Positions 39,964 through 49,915 of a DNA stretch of 64,000 bases are shown in pieces. Location: positions 1,038,486 through 1,102,485 of the forward strand of contig CAVTOI010000002.1 of the NCBI GenBank assembly GCA_963736255.1. The letters run 5' to 3'. The notes under the pieces are model-generated. The model searched no databases. It saw nothing but the letters and a program-made list of their open reading frames with translations, and was not told the origin of the DNA. This stretch comes from Candidatus Aminicenantes bacterium. Lineage in GTDB: Bacteria; Acidobacteriota; Aminicenantia; Aminicenantales; Saccharicenantaceae. The position numbers and the translations under genes are program-made. The first letter of the stretch is position 1. Each line of letters starts with the position of its first letter.

Positions 39964-41199
39964 ATGACGGACAAAAAAGCCGAACTCAAGAGACGCGCGT
40001 TCCTCAAGACGGGACTGACCGGGTTGGCCGCGGTCGGCGCCATGCCCGGGGTCGTCAAGGCCGCGGCCCTCGGTACCGGCGGGACGGCCAAGGCCCCCGC
40101 TGCGCCGGCCGGCGCCAAACCGATCATCCGCACGCTGGGCAAGACCGGGCTCAAGGTCCCGGTCGTCAGCATGGGCGTCATGAACGCCGACAATCCCGCC
40201 GTCGTCCAGGCCGCACTGGAAACAGGCATCACCCTGCTCGACACGGCCTGGGGCTACCAGCGCGGTCAGAACGAGAAGATGATCGGGCAGGTCGTCGCCG
40301 GCCGGCCCCGCGACTCGTTCATGATCGCCACCAAGGTGCCCGGCCCGAACAGGGACAGGTCCATGCAGGGCCTCGATCCCGCAGGCGTCGAAAAGGCCTT
40401 CCTGGACAAGTTCGACGAATGTCTCACCCGCCTGGGGCTTGACCATGTCGAGATCCTGTACCTGCACAACAACACGGACCCCGAGCACGTCCGGAACGAA
40501 GCCGTCATCGGGGCCCTCCAGAAGGCCAAAAAGGCGGGCAAGGCCCGCTTCATCGGCATCACCACGCACAGCAACGAGCCGGCCGTCATCCGGGCCACGG
40601 TCGAGACCAAGGCCTACGACGTCATCCTGACGGCATACAACTTCAATCAGGGCCACCGCGATGAGATCCGCAAGGCCGTGGCCGAGGCGGCCGCAGCCGG
40701 CCTGGGCATCGTGGCCATGAAAACACAGGCCGGGGCCTATTGGGACAAGGAGAAGCAGCAGCCCATCAACATGCGGGCCGCCCTCAAGTGGGTCCTCAAC
40801 GACCCGAACGTCGCGACGGCCATCCCGGGATTCACGACCTTCGACCAGCTCAAAGAGGACTTTTCGGTCGTGACCGATATCACCCTTACGCCCCAGGACC
40901 TCAAGGACCTCCGGATGGGCGAGCAGGTGGCCGGCCTCTATTGCCAGCAATGCGGGCAGTGCCTCGCCGGCTGCCCGAAAGGCCTGCCCATCCCGGACCT
41001 GATGAGAAGCTACATGTATGCTTATGGCTACCGGAACCTCCAGGCCGCCCACGAGCTCGTCGGCTCTCTCGAGATCGCGGCCGACCCCTGCGGCTCGTGC
41101 GCTTCCTGTTCGGCCGTCTGCGCCAAAGGTTTCGACCTCGCCGACAGGGTCCGGGATATCAGCCGCCTGAGGGCCGTCCCGGGCGATTTCTTCGCGTAA
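39964..41199 (+). CDS. Tat-exported aldo/keto reductase with a C-terminal Fe-S dicluster domain
   Basis: KRRAFLK; RTLGKTG, DTAWGY, ATK and YLH catalytic residues; CQQCGQCLAGCP and CGSCASCSAVC. Confidence 0.9.
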   Translation: MTDKKAELKRRAFLKTGLTGLAAVGAMPGVVKAAALGTGGTAKAPAAPAGAKPIIRTLGKTGLKVPVVSMGVMNADNPAVVQAALETGITLLDTAWGYQRGQNEKMIGQVVAGRPRDSFMIATKVPGPNRDRSMQGLDPAGVEKAFLDKFDECLTRLGLDHVEILYLHNNTDPEHVRNEAVIGALQKAKKAGKARFIGITTHSNEPAVIRATVETKAYDVILTAYNFNQGHRDEIRKAVAEAAAAGLGIVAMKTQAGAYWDKEKQQPINMRAALKWVLNDPNVATAIPGFTTFDQLKEDFSVVTDITLTPQDLKDLRMGEQVAGLYCQQCGQCLAGCPKGLPIPDLMRSYMYAYGYRNLQAAHELVGSLEIAADPCGSCASCSAVCAKGFDLADRVRDISRLRAVPGDFFA

Positions 41200-41223
41200 T
41201 ATCTAAAGAGATTTCGTTATTCC

Positions 41224-41257
41224 GGGCCTCGGGGCTCCCCCCGAGGCCCTTTTTTTT
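41224..41257 (+). terminator. Rho-independent terminator
   Basis: GGGCCTCGGGG-ctc-CCCCGAGGCCC hairpin followed by a T-tract. Confidence 0.85.
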
Positions 41258-41272
41258 AGCCCGAAAAACTTC

Positions 41273-41310
41273 TTGACAATAATATCGTACTGATATTATA
41301 GTGATATTAC
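41273..41310 (+). promoter_or_regulatory. sigma70 promoter overlapped by a GATATTA/TAATATC operator
   Basis: TTGACA-18-TATAGT; TAATATC-gtact-GATATTA palindrome plus a second TGATATTA copy. Confidence 0.7.
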
Positions 41311-41324
41311 TCAAGGAGGCCCGC

Positions 41325-42203
41325 ATGAAAGACATCCAGGAAAAAACCATTTTCACCGTCAACGGCCTGGTCATGGCCGCCGTCGACCTCGTCGTCGGCT
41401 TCTTCTGCTTCCGCTACCTTGTCACCCACGTGGACAAAGCCGGGTCGCCGGCGGGCATGATCGCCGCGGTCTTTGTGGCCATTCTCGTCTTTATGACCTT
41501 CGGCGGCTTCTTCCTCATCCACCCGAACGAGTCCAAGGTCTTCACCTTCCTCGGCAAGTACGTCGGCACCGCCAGGACGTCCGGCTTCTTCTGGACCAAT
41601 CCCTTCGTCGTCAAGAAGAAAGTGACCCTGCGCATCTTCAACTTCAACAGCGAGACGATCAAGGTCAACGACGCCCTGGGCAACCCGATCGAGATCGCGG
41701 CCGTCGTCGTCTGGAACGTTGTCGATTCCGCCAAGGCTATCTTCAACGTCGAGAGCTATCAGAACTTCGTGGCCATCCAGGGCGAGACGGCCATCAGGCA
41801 GCTGGCCACGCACTATCCCTACGACGCCCATGACAAGGACACGGAATCCCTCCGGGCCAATCCTGACGAAATCGCCGGCAAGCTCAAGGAACACGTCCAG
41901 AACCGGCTCGACGTGGCCGGGATCCACGTCGTCGAGGCCCGGCTGTCGCACCTGGCCTATGCGCCGGAGATCGCGCAAGCCATGCTCCGCCGCCAGCAGG
42001 CCGAGGCCATCATCGCCGCCCGGGCTAAGATCGTCGACGGCGCCGTCGGCATGGTCGAGATGGCTCTGAAGAGCCTCGAGGCCCAGGGGGTCGTCAAGCT
42101 CGACGAGGACAAGAAGGCCGCCATGGTCAACAACCTCCTCGTGGCCCTCGTCTCGGAGACCGAGATGCACCCCATTGTCAATACGGGGACGCTCTACGCC
42201 TGA
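41325..42203 (+). CDS. SPFH (band 7) domain membrane protein
   Basis: AAGGAGG RBS; two N-terminal TMs; [33 protein letters not shown] and AAMVNNLLV motifs. Confidence 0.93.
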   Translation: MKDIQEKTIFTVNGLVMAAVDLVVGFFCFRYLVTHVDKAGSPAGMIAAVFVAILVFMTFGGFFLIHPNESKVFTFLGKYVGTARTSGFFWTNPFVVKKKVTLRIFNFNSETIKVNDALGNPIEIAAVVVWNVVDSAKAIFNVESYQNFVAIQGETAIRQLATHYPYDAHDKDTESLRANPDEIAGKLKEHVQNRLDVAGIHVVEARLSHLAYAPEIAQAMLRRQQAEAIIAARAKIVDGAVGMVEMALKSLEAQGVVKLDEDKKAAMVNNLLVALVSETEMHPIVNTGTLYA

Positions 42204-42216
42204 CGGATCGTGAGCC

Positions 42217-42387
42217 GTGAGCGAGAAGAAGAAATTCCTTCTGAGGCTCGACGCCGCGCTCTACGACTCCCTCGAGAAATGGGCCGCCGACGAGATGCGC
42301 AGCATCAACGCCCAGATGGAATATGTCCTCAAGGAGGCGGTCCGGAAGGCCGGACGCCTCCGCGAAGGACGGGAGGACCGAAAATGA
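42217..42387 (+). CDS. Arc/ribbon-helix-helix DNA-binding protein (56 aa; not in the ORF track)
   Basis: Manual translation from GTG: MSEKKKFLLRLDAALYDSLEKWAADEMRSINAQMEYVLKEAVRKAGRLREGREDRK; alternating FxLRL strand followed by the RSxN helix motif. Confidence 0.85.
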   Translation: MSEKKKFLLRLDAALYDSLEKWAADEMRSINAQMEYVLKEAVRKAGRLREGREDRK

Positions 42388-42455
42388 AGACCGTTGTCCA
42401 CATCCTGCTCCTGGCGACCCTGGCGGTCATCGCCCTGCTTTTGATTCTCTTCTAA
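42384..42455 (+). CDS. Putative 23-aa single-pass membrane peptide
   Basis: MKTVVHILLLATLAVIALLLILF; ATGA overlap with the Arc stop; GGAGG 7 nt upstream. Confidence 0.55.
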   Translation: MKTVVHILLLATLAVIALLLILF

Positions 42456-42573
42456 CGCAGACTTCTCATCCCGATATTTTGCGACAGGAATGATCCCCCG
42501 GTCCGTTGACTTCCAGCCCCCGGTGTTCTAAGTTTGAGCTGATGCGAACCCCATCTCAGTCGAGGAGCCAGCC

Positions 42574-43461
42574 GTGAAGCGCGTCGTCCAGGCGCTCCTT
42601 GCCCTCGCCTTCCTCGTTTTCGCCGTGCTGGCCCTGTTCGTCGGGCGGCCGGGACGGGAGGCGGAGAACCGGGTCGACCTCTCTCCCCGGACCGCCGCGC
42701 CGGCGGGGGTGCGAGAGGAGGCGACCCTCCGCAATGTGACCAAGAAGCCCATCGTCTACACGATCATGCCCGGTCCCTATGCGCGCGTTCCCAGAACGAG
42801 GACCCTGGAGGTCGGCGCGCTGGATAGGATCGCCGCGGACCTCCCGATCGAGATCTCGTTCGACAGCGGCCGGCGCACGACGATTTATTTCATCCACCCG
42901 GGGAAGCCTTATTCCTTCCGTCACGACGAGAACGACGTCATCAGGATCTATCCCGGCTCCCACGGCCGCGAGGATGCTGCCGACCTGGCCCCCTTCGTCC
43001 CTACGCCTCCGGAGGTGGTCGAGCGGATGCTCGAAATCGCTGCCGTCGGTCCCGGCGACGTCGTCTACGACCTCGGCTGTGGCGACGGCCGGATGGTCAT
43101 CGCCGCGGCCAGGACCCGCGGCTGCCGCGCGGTCGGCATCGAGCTCGACGGCGCGCTCATCGATGAGTGCAAGGCCGCCGCGGAAAGGGAAGGGGTCACG
43201 AAGCTCGTCCGCTTCCTGCGCATGGACGCCGCCAAAGCCAGCCTGACCGAGGCCACGGTCCTGACGCTCTATCTGCTCCCGGAATCGCTGGAGACCCTGT
43301 CGCCCGCCTTTGAAAGGGACCTTCGCGCCGGGGCCCGCATTGTTTCCCACGATTACAGGATCCCGGGCTGGGACGGCCGCATCGTCCGGACCGAGGTCCT
43401 GCCCGGCGAGGGCGGGCGCGACCACAGGGTCGTCCTCTATCGTATGCCGGAGAAGCGATGA
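42574..43461 (+). CDS. Class I SAM-dependent methyltransferase with N-terminal signal/anchor
   Basis: PFVPTP..VERML, YDLGCGDGR, GIELD, TLYLL and RIVSHDY motifs; GAGGAG RBS with GTG start. Confidence 0.85.
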   Translation: MKRVVQALLALAFLVFAVLALFVGRPGREAENRVDLSPRTAAPAGVREEATLRNVTKKPIVYTIMPGPYARVPRTRTLEVGALDRIAADLPIEISFDSGRRTTIYFIHPGKPYSFRHDENDVIRIYPGSHGREDAADLAPFVPTPPEVVERMLEIAAVGPGDVVYDLGCGDGRMVIAAARTRGCRAVGIELDGALIDECKAAAEREGVTKLVRFLRMDAAKASLTEATVLTLYLLPESLETLSPAFERDLRAGARIVSHDYRIPGWDGRIVRTEVLPGEGGRDHRVVLYRMPEKR

Positions 43462-46400
43462 ACGCGACGATCCGGTTCCTGGCCGCGTTCTGCCGCGACC
43501 ACCCGCTCGATGAGAAGATCTTCATCTGCCCGTCGTTCGTGACCGGCCGGCAGATCGGCGAGGCTCTGGCCCGCGGATGCGGCTCCTGGGTCAATCTCCG
43601 CTTCCTCACGGTCCGCGCTCTGGCCGCCGAGATCCTGACCAGGCCCGGCGGATCGGCTGCGGGCCGGCCGATGACTTCTTCGGCGGAGCTCGCCCTGACC
43701 GACAGGCTCTTCCGGGAGCTCCTCGCCGAGGAAAAGCTCGATTATTTTGTCATGGCCGGGGCCTCTCCGGGGTTGTCCCGGTCGCTCCACCGGGCCCTTC
43801 GCGAGCTCCGGCTGGACGGCCTGACCGGCTCCGATATCCGGCCCGCGAGCTTCCTCGTCGAGCGCAAGGGACGCGAGATCGCCCTTCTCCTCGGCCGTTA
43901 TGAGCGGGCCCTCGAAGCGGACGGGCTTCTCGACCTTCCCGGCCTCCTCACGTCCGCCGTCAAGGCTTCGAGCCCGGCACCCCTCGATTCTGCCTGGGTC
44001 CTCTGCCCGACCGACATGCGGCTCTGCCGGCTTGAAGCGGACCTTGTCAGGGCCGCGGCGGCGGGCCGCCTCGTCCTCGTCCCGGGAGATGCCGTCGTCG
44101 GCCTGGAGCGGCCGTCCCTGTGCTGGCCCCTTCCGGGACCCGCTGACCTCTCCTCCGCGGGACGGCTGTCGTGGTTCTTCGAGCCGCGCCAGGCTCCTAT
44201 CGCCGGGGAGGAGACCCGGATCGAGATCTTCAAGGCTCTCGGGCCGGCCAATGAGTGCCGTGAGATCCTGCGCCGTCTCTATGCCGACGGGATCCCCTTC
44301 GACCAGGCGGAAGTCCTGGCGCCGGCCGGGGCGCCCCATGCGACCGTGTTCTACCTTCTCTCGGCCCGGACGAATCTGCCGGTCACGTTCGGGGACGGCA
44401 TTGCCGTCTGCTTCACCTCGCCCGGCCGGCTGTTCTTCGGCCTGGCTGCATGGCTGGCCGCCGGCTTTTCGAGCGACGAGCTTTGCCGCCTTCTCGAGAC
44501 CGGCGACCTCCTCCTGCCGGGCGGAGCGTCGGGCGGCCCTCTCCCGGCGAGGACCGCCTGCCGCCATCTCCGCAACGCCATGATCGGCTGGGGACGGGAC
44601 CGCTACGTCGAGCGCCTCGCGGCTCTCCGCGAGGGCAGGAAAGCCGACCTCGCCTCCCTCAAAGCGGGGGAGGGCGGAGAAGCCGGCGAGGAAGCGGAAG
44701 GACGGCGGGCGGGATATCTCGCGGCGGTCTCCGAGATCGAAAAGATCTCGGCGGCGATCGGCCGGGTCCTGGGGTTCATCCCGCAGCCGGATGCCCTCGG
44801 GAAGTACGATCTCCGGCTTCTCTGCCAAGCCTTCGCCCGGCTCGTCCGGGAATACTCGCAGGCCGGCTCCGACCTCGACGTCAAAGCCCGCCAGGCCCTC
44901 CTCGATCGGCTGGACGAGTTCGTCGAGGAGAGCCGGTTCCCGCCCCTATTGCTCAAGGAGGCCCTTGACCTCATCCGTGCCGCCGGCGCGTCCCTCCGCG
45001 TGGATGCGTCGCCGCCCATGCCCGGCCGCCTCCACATCGCCGGCCTGTCTTCGGGAGGGTACAGCGGTAGGCCGGTCACGTTCGTTGCCGGACTCGATGA
45101 GGCGACCTTCCCCGGCCGCGGTCTTCAGGACCCCGTTCTCCTCGACGAAGAGCGCGCCGCGATCTCGGCTTCCCTGCCGACCTCGTCCGACGCCCTTCGC
45201 GCCCGTCTCTACGGATTGGCCGCCGTTCTCGCCTCCCTTCGGGGCCGGGTCGTGCTGAGCTATCCGTCCTACGACGTCGTCGAGGGCCGGGAGTCCTTCC
45301 CCTCATCGGTCGTGCTCCAGGCGTTCCGGCTTCTCCGGGGCGACGCCGACCTCGACTATGGCGCGCTCGAAAGGTCGCTCCCCGGAGCATCGGGCTTCCT
45401 GCCCGGCGGCTCCGGCCGGGCCTTCGATGAGGCCGACTGGTGGCTCGACAGGCTCACGACCGAGCCGCGGCCCGACGGTCCCCGGACGGTCTCGGCCAAT
45501 TTCCCCGACCTGGCTGCCGGCCTTGCGGCCCTGGAAGCCCGTGACGGCGAGGCCTTGACTGCTTACGACGGGCTCGTCGACATCGGTCCCCTCCGCGCCG
45601 AGGTCGACCCCGTATCCGGGCGTTCGGCCGTCATGTCCGCGACGCGCCTGGAGCTGCTGGCCAAATGCCCGTTCAGCTATTTCCTGCGCCACGTGCTGAA
45701 GGTCCAGCCCCCGGAGGAGGTCGCCTTCGACCGGTCCCGCTGGCTCGACCCGCTGCAGCGAGGCAGCCTCATCCATGAGATCCTCTGCGAATTCATGACG
45801 GAGATCGCGGAGAGAGGAGAGGAGGTCGAGGCGGACCGGCATCGCCCTGTCTTGGCCCGGATCGCCGGTGGAAGGATCGCCGAAACGCGGCGCAAGGTCC
45901 CGCCCCCCTCCGACGGCATCTTCGAGAGCGAGAGGCGGGACATCCTGGAGACACTCGATATCTTCATGGCCGCCGAAGAAAAGCGCGAGGACCGGAAAGG
46001 GCGGCCGCTCGCGTTCGAGAAGGAGATCGACAGGGAACCCATCGGGCTCGGGGACGGGCGCTCGTTCCGGCTCCGGGGCTTCATCGACCGCGTCGATGAG
46101 ATCGGCCACGACCTCTACAGGGTCATCGACTACAAGACCGGAAGCTCGAAGCCGTACGAAGACCTCGTCCAGTTCGGCCGGGGCCGGATGCTCCAACCCG
46201 CCCTTTATGCGATCGCGCTCGAACAGATCCTGACGCGGGAACGGCCGGGCCGCGCGCCGCGGGTCGCCGAGAGCGGCTATCTCTTCCCGTCGCGGAAGGG
46301 CGAAGGCCACGAGATCATGGTCGGCGACTTCGACCGGCACCGGCTGAGGCTCCTCCTCGCCGATCTCCTCGCCCTCATCGAGAAAGGGTACTTCTTCGCC

Positions 46401-46535
46401 GGTTCCGGCGCCAAGTGCACCTATTGCGATTACTGCAACGTCTGCGTGTCCGGAGGTCCCGGTCCCTCCGGCCGCAAGCGCGATGCCAACCCCGAGGCCT
46501 TCGCGGCCTATGACAAGCTGGACGAATACAAATGA
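43458..46535 (+). CDS. addB: AddB-like subunit: inactive helicase plus PD-(D/E)XK nuclease with Fe-S cysteines
   Basis: SATRLE..KCPFSYF, RGSLIH, RGFIDRVD, IDYKTG, LQPALY and CTYCDYCNVC; no N-terminal Walker A. Confidence 0.85.
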   Translation: MNATIRFLAAFCRDHPLDEKIFICPSFVTGRQIGEALARGCGSWVNLRFLTVRALAAEILTRPGGSAAGRPMTSSAELALTDRLFRELLAEEKLDYFVMAGASPGLSRSLHRALRELRLDGLTGSDIRPASFLVERKGREIALLLGRYERALEADGLLDLPGLLTSAVKASSPAPLDSAWVLCPTDMRLCRLEADLVRAAAAGRLVLVPGDAVVGLERPSLCWPLPGPADLSSAGRLSWFFEPRQAPIAGEETRIEIFKALGPANECREILRRLYADGIPFDQAEVLAPAGAPHATVFYLLSARTNLPVTFGDGIAVCFTSPGRLFFGLAAWLAAGFSSDELCRLLETGDLLLPGGASGGPLPARTACRHLRNAMIGWGRDRYVERLAALREGRKADLASLKAGEGGEAGEEAEGRRAGYLAAVSEIEKISAAIGRVLGFIPQPDALGKYDLRLLCQAFARLVREYSQAGSDLDVKARQALLDRLDEFVEESRFPPLLLKEALDLIRAAGASLRVDASPPMPGRLHIAGLSSGGYSGRPVTFVAGLDEATFPGRGLQDPVLLDEERAAISASLPTSSDALRARLYGLAAVLASLRGRVVLSYPSYDVVEGRESFPSSVVLQAFRLLRGDADLDYGALERSLPGASGFLPGGSGRAFDEADWWLDRLTTEPRPDGPRTVSANFPDLAAGLAALEARDGEALTAYDGLVDIGPLRAEVDPVSGRSAVMSATRLELLAKCPFSYFLRHVLKVQPPEEVAFDRSRWLDPLQRGSLIHEILCEFMTEIAERGEEVEADRHRPVLARIAGGRIAETRRKVPPPSDGIFESERRDILETLDIFMAAEEKREDRKGRPLAFEKEIDREPIGLGDGRSFRLRGFIDRVDEIGHDLYRVIDYKTGSSKPYEDLVQFGRGRMLQPALYAIALEQILTRERPGRAPRVAESGYLFPSRKGEGHEIMVGDFDRHRLRLLLADLLALIEKGYFFAGSGAKCTYCDYCNVCVSGGPGPSGRKRDANPEAFAAYDKLDEYK

Positions 46536-49500
46536 CGCCCGCGAAAAAGACGCCGCCGCCCGACCAGCCCGCGCGCGACCGGATCAGCCGCGATCTCGGG
46601 ACGACATTCCTCGTCGAGGCCGGCGCCGGCTCGGGCAAGACGAAGAGCCTGGTTGACCGGATGATCGCCCTCCTCGCCGCGGGCCGCGCCTCGATCGACA
46701 CGCTGGCCGCCGTGACCTTCACCCGGAAGGCCGCGGCCGAGCTCCGCGGCCGCTTCCAGGTCGCCCTCGAACAGGCCAGGCTCACGGAGAATGACCCCGG
46801 GGTCCGGGGCCGTTTCGACGCCGCGCTGACCGGCCTCGAACGGTCTTTCATCGGGACGATCCATTCGTTCTGCGCCCGGCTCCTGCGAGAACGCCCCGTC
46901 GAGGCGGGCGTCGACCCGGAGTTCCGGGAGCTCGAAGAGCACGAGGACCGCGTCCTGCTCGAAAAGAGCTGGGACGAGTACCAGGCCAAGGCCCGGCTCG
47001 AGAGCGAAGCCGCGCTGCGCGGCCTCGATGAGGCCGGGCTCGATCCCGGCGACCTCGAGGCCGCTTTCAAGGCCATCGCCGAGTTCCCCGATGTCGAGCC
47101 CGTCCCCGGCCGGACGGAGCCGCCCGATTTCTCGGCCGTCCGCCGGGACCTCGAGAAGCTCATCGACCTGGCCTCGGCGCTCGTCCCGAGGGAGAGGCCG
47201 GAGAAGGGCCGGGATCCGCTCCAGAGCCTGTTCATCCGGCTTTTCCGGAGGAGACGCAACATCGGCTTCACCGACGGCCGGCGTCTCATGGAATCGGTGG
47301 AGCTGTTCGAAAAAACCCTGTGCTTTAAGAAGACCTATTGGCCTAACAGGGAAGACGGGCTCCGGCTTCTCGCCGCCGCGGAGTCGTTCCGGGAGAAGGC
47401 CGCCGGTCCGGCGATCCGCGAATGGCGCGAGTTCCGGCATACGAGGGCTCTGGCATTCCTCGGGCCCGCCGTCAAGTTCTACGCCGAGAAGCGGAGGGCC
47501 GAGGCCCGGCTCAATTTCCAGGACCAGCTCATGCTCTCCGCCAAGCTCCTTCGCGACAATCCCGAGGTCCGCCGCTACTTCCGGAAGCGCTTCCACCCGA
47601 TCCTCATCGACGAATTCCAGGACACCGATCCCGTCCAGGCCGAGATCCTGTTCCTGCTCACCGGCACATCGGATACGGAAAAGGAATGGACCCGGCTCGC
47701 GCCCGCCCCCGGCTCGCTCTTCCTCGTCGGCGATCCCAAACAATCCATCTACCGCTTCCGGCGGGCCGACATCGACATCTACAATCTCGTCAAAGACAGG
47801 ATCGAGGCGTCCGGAGGAGAGACGCTCGCCCTGAGCGCGAACTTCCGTTCCCTCCGCCCGATCGCCGACTGGGTCAATCCGCTCTTCGATCCCCGGGCGG
47901 GCGGCGCGTTTCCGGCCGCGGCGGACGCCTACCAGGCCGGCTTCATGCCCCTCGAGACGATGCGCGATCCCGGCCGCGGCACGCTTGCCGGTGTGCGCCG
48001 GACGACGGTCCCCGCCGTGCCCCGGAACGCCAAGGAGGGGATAGCCGAGATCGACTCCTCGCGCGTAGCCGGGTTCATCGCCTGGGCCCTGGCCGGCAAC
48101 CTCCGCCTCGACGCCGGGGCGGGCGGAACGCGGCCGGCCCAGCCCGGCGACTTCCTCGTCCTCTTCCGCTACAAGGACCGCATGGGCAAATACGCCCGGC
48201 GGCTCGAGGAGCTGGGCATCCCTTTCGAGATCGCTGGCAGCGACGCCTTCTCCGAGAACGCCGAGATCAAGGAGGTCCAAAACCTCCTCCTGGCTCTCGA
48301 CGACCCCGACGACCCCGTGGCCACGGTGGCCGCGCTGCGCGGTCTCTTCTTCGGGCTGAGCGACCAGGACCTCATCGAACACCGCGCTGCCGGTGGGGGA
48401 TTCTGCTACCTCTCTGAAGCCGGGACGGCGGCCGGCTCGGCCCGGGTGAGAAGCTCGTTCGCCGCCCTGCGCGGCTGGCGCGAGCTCACGACCCGGGTCC
48501 CTCCGTCGGTGGCCATCGAGACCATACTCCAGGGATCGGGCCTTCTCAGTCACCTCGTCACGGCCGAAATGGGCAGCAGCCGGGCCGGCAACGTCCTCAA
48601 GCTCGTCGAGGTCCTGCGCGGCCGCGAGAGCGAGGACATGACCTCGTTCCCCGCCGCCGTCGCTTTCATTTCCGAATGGGTGGGCGCCCAGCCCGTCGAA
48701 GAGATGAGCCTCGAGCCCGGCCGCCGCGACGCCGTGCGCCTCATGAACCTCCATAAGGCCAAGGGGCTGGAAGCCCCGGTCGTGTGGCTGGCCAATCCTG
48801 CCGGCGTCGGCGATTTCGAGCCGGACAAGCACGTCCGCCGGACGGGAGCGACGCCGCTCGGCCATTTCCGCTTCACGAAGCCTGCCGGATATCAGAAGAG
48901 GACCGTTTCGCAGCCCGCCGGTTGGGTGGAGAGCGCCGCCGAAGAGCTGAAATACGAAGACGCCGAGGAGAAGCGCCTGATGTACGTGGCGGCGACGCGG
49001 GCCCGGGACCTCCTCGTCATCAGCGGCTATGCCGGGGACCTCGGGGCCAAAAAGGCCTGGGGCCCGCTCGAACAGGGACTGGAGGGCCTGGAGGAGCTCC
49101 CTGAATGCTCCCTGGCGCCGTGCGCCGTGCCTCCCCGGAAGAAGAAGACGGCTGTCAAGCCGGCGGAAGTGGCCAAGGGCCGGGAGGAACTGAGGCGGAA
49201 GATGGCCGGCGCCTCAACGGCCTCAGCGCTTCATGAGACCGTGACCGCGCTCGCCAAGCGCGCCGGGGAGACGCCCGAGTGGGCCAAGGGCGGGCTCGGG
49301 CTCTGGGGCTCCGAGGTCCACGTCATGCTGAAGACCCTCGGCGGAGCCTGGCGGGACAAGACGCCCGGCGCCACGGCCGACGAGCTTCTTCGCATGGCCC
49401 GGGACGTCCTCGTCGCGTCCGGGCGGGACCCCGCGGCTTCGCGCGACCTGGCCGCCCATGTCGCGGGCATTATCGGCAGTCCCTTCTGGCTGAGGGCCAT

Positions 49501-49915
49501 GCGCTCCGGGCGCCGCTTTTATGAAGTGCCCTTTACGGTCCGGGTCGGTCGCGGCGATGCCGAATACGAGGAGCTCATCGCGGCGATCGGGCCCGTCCCC
49601 GCCGCCGGCGGCAAGCCGGTGGTGGCAGCCTCCGGGGCGCCCATCTTTCTTTCCGGCGCGGTCGACATCCTTTTCAAGGAAGACGAAGGATGGGTCATCG
49701 CCGATTACAAAACCGACCGGCTGCCCCCGGCCCTCGAGGGCGCTGCGGATGAGGACAGGGAAAAGGCCCTGGCCGTGCTGGCGGACCACTACCGGCCCCA
49801 GGTGAGGCTCTACACGCGGTTCTGGTCGAAGATCACCGGGGAGAAGGTGAAGGAATCCGGGCTCTATTTCACCGCCCTCGGCCGCTGGGTCAGGATCGAG
49901 GGACCTGGCGGATAA
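46532..49915 (+). CDS. addA: AddA-like UvrD helicase/nuclease
   Basis: AGAGSGKT, TFTRKAA, TIHSFC, IDEFQDT, VGDPKQSIYRFR, NFRS, HKAKGLE and YVAATRA; nuclease GAVD..DYKT. Confidence 0.9.
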   Translation: MTPAKKTPPPDQPARDRISRDLGTTFLVEAGAGSGKTKSLVDRMIALLAAGRASIDTLAAVTFTRKAAAELRGRFQVALEQARLTENDPGVRGRFDAALTGLERSFIGTIHSFCARLLRERPVEAGVDPEFRELEEHEDRVLLEKSWDEYQAKARLESEAALRGLDEAGLDPGDLEAAFKAIAEFPDVEPVPGRTEPPDFSAVRRDLEKLIDLASALVPRERPEKGRDPLQSLFIRLFRRRRNIGFTDGRRLMESVELFEKTLCFKKTYWPNREDGLRLLAAAESFREKAAGPAIREWREFRHTRALAFLGPAVKFYAEKRRAEARLNFQDQLMLSAKLLRDNPEVRRYFRKRFHPILIDEFQDTDPVQAEILFLLTGTSDTEKEWTRLAPAPGSLFLVGDPKQSIYRFRRADIDIYNLVKDRIEASGGETLALSANFRSLRPIADWVNPLFDPRAGGAFPAAADAYQAGFMPLETMRDPGRGTLAGVRRTTVPAVPRNAKEGIAEIDSSRVAGFIAWALAGNLRLDAGAGGTRPAQPGDFLVLFRYKDRMGKYARRLEELGIPFEIAGSDAFSENAEIKEVQNLLLALDDPDDPVATVAALRGLFFGLSDQDLIEHRAAGGGFCYLSEAGTAAGSARVRSSFAALRGWRELTTRVPPSVAIETILQGSGLLSHLVTAEMGSSRAGNVLKLVEVLRGRESEDMTSFPAAVAFISEWVGAQPVEEMSLEPGRRDAVRLMNLHKAKGLEAPVVWLANPAGVGDFEPDKHVRRTGATPLGHFRFTKPAGYQKRTVSQPAGWVESAAEELKYEDAEEKRLMYVAATRARDLLVISGYAGDLGAKKAWGPLEQGLEGLEELPECSLAPCAVPPRKKKTAVKPAEVAKGREELRRKMAGASTASALHETVTALAKRAGETPEWAKGGLGLWGSEVHVMLKTLGGAWRDKTPGATADELLRMARDVLVASGRDPAASRDLAAHVAGIIGSPFWLRAMRSGRRFYEVPFTVRVGRGDAEYEELIAAIGPVPAAGGKPVVAASGAPIFLSGAVDILFKEDEGWVIADYKTDRLPPALEGAADEDREKALAVLADHYRPQVRLYTRFWSKITGEKVKESGLYFTALGRWVRIEGPGG

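Noticed and set aside
42210-42455. 81-aa ORF from the track
   Set aside because: Better explained as an Arc-type gene in another frame plus a separate 23-aa peptide starting at 42384.
43458-49915. Helicase-nuclease pair as a novel defence system or Cas4-like module
   Set aside because: Domain order and motifs match housekeeping AddAB; no CRISPR repeats or cas genes seen.
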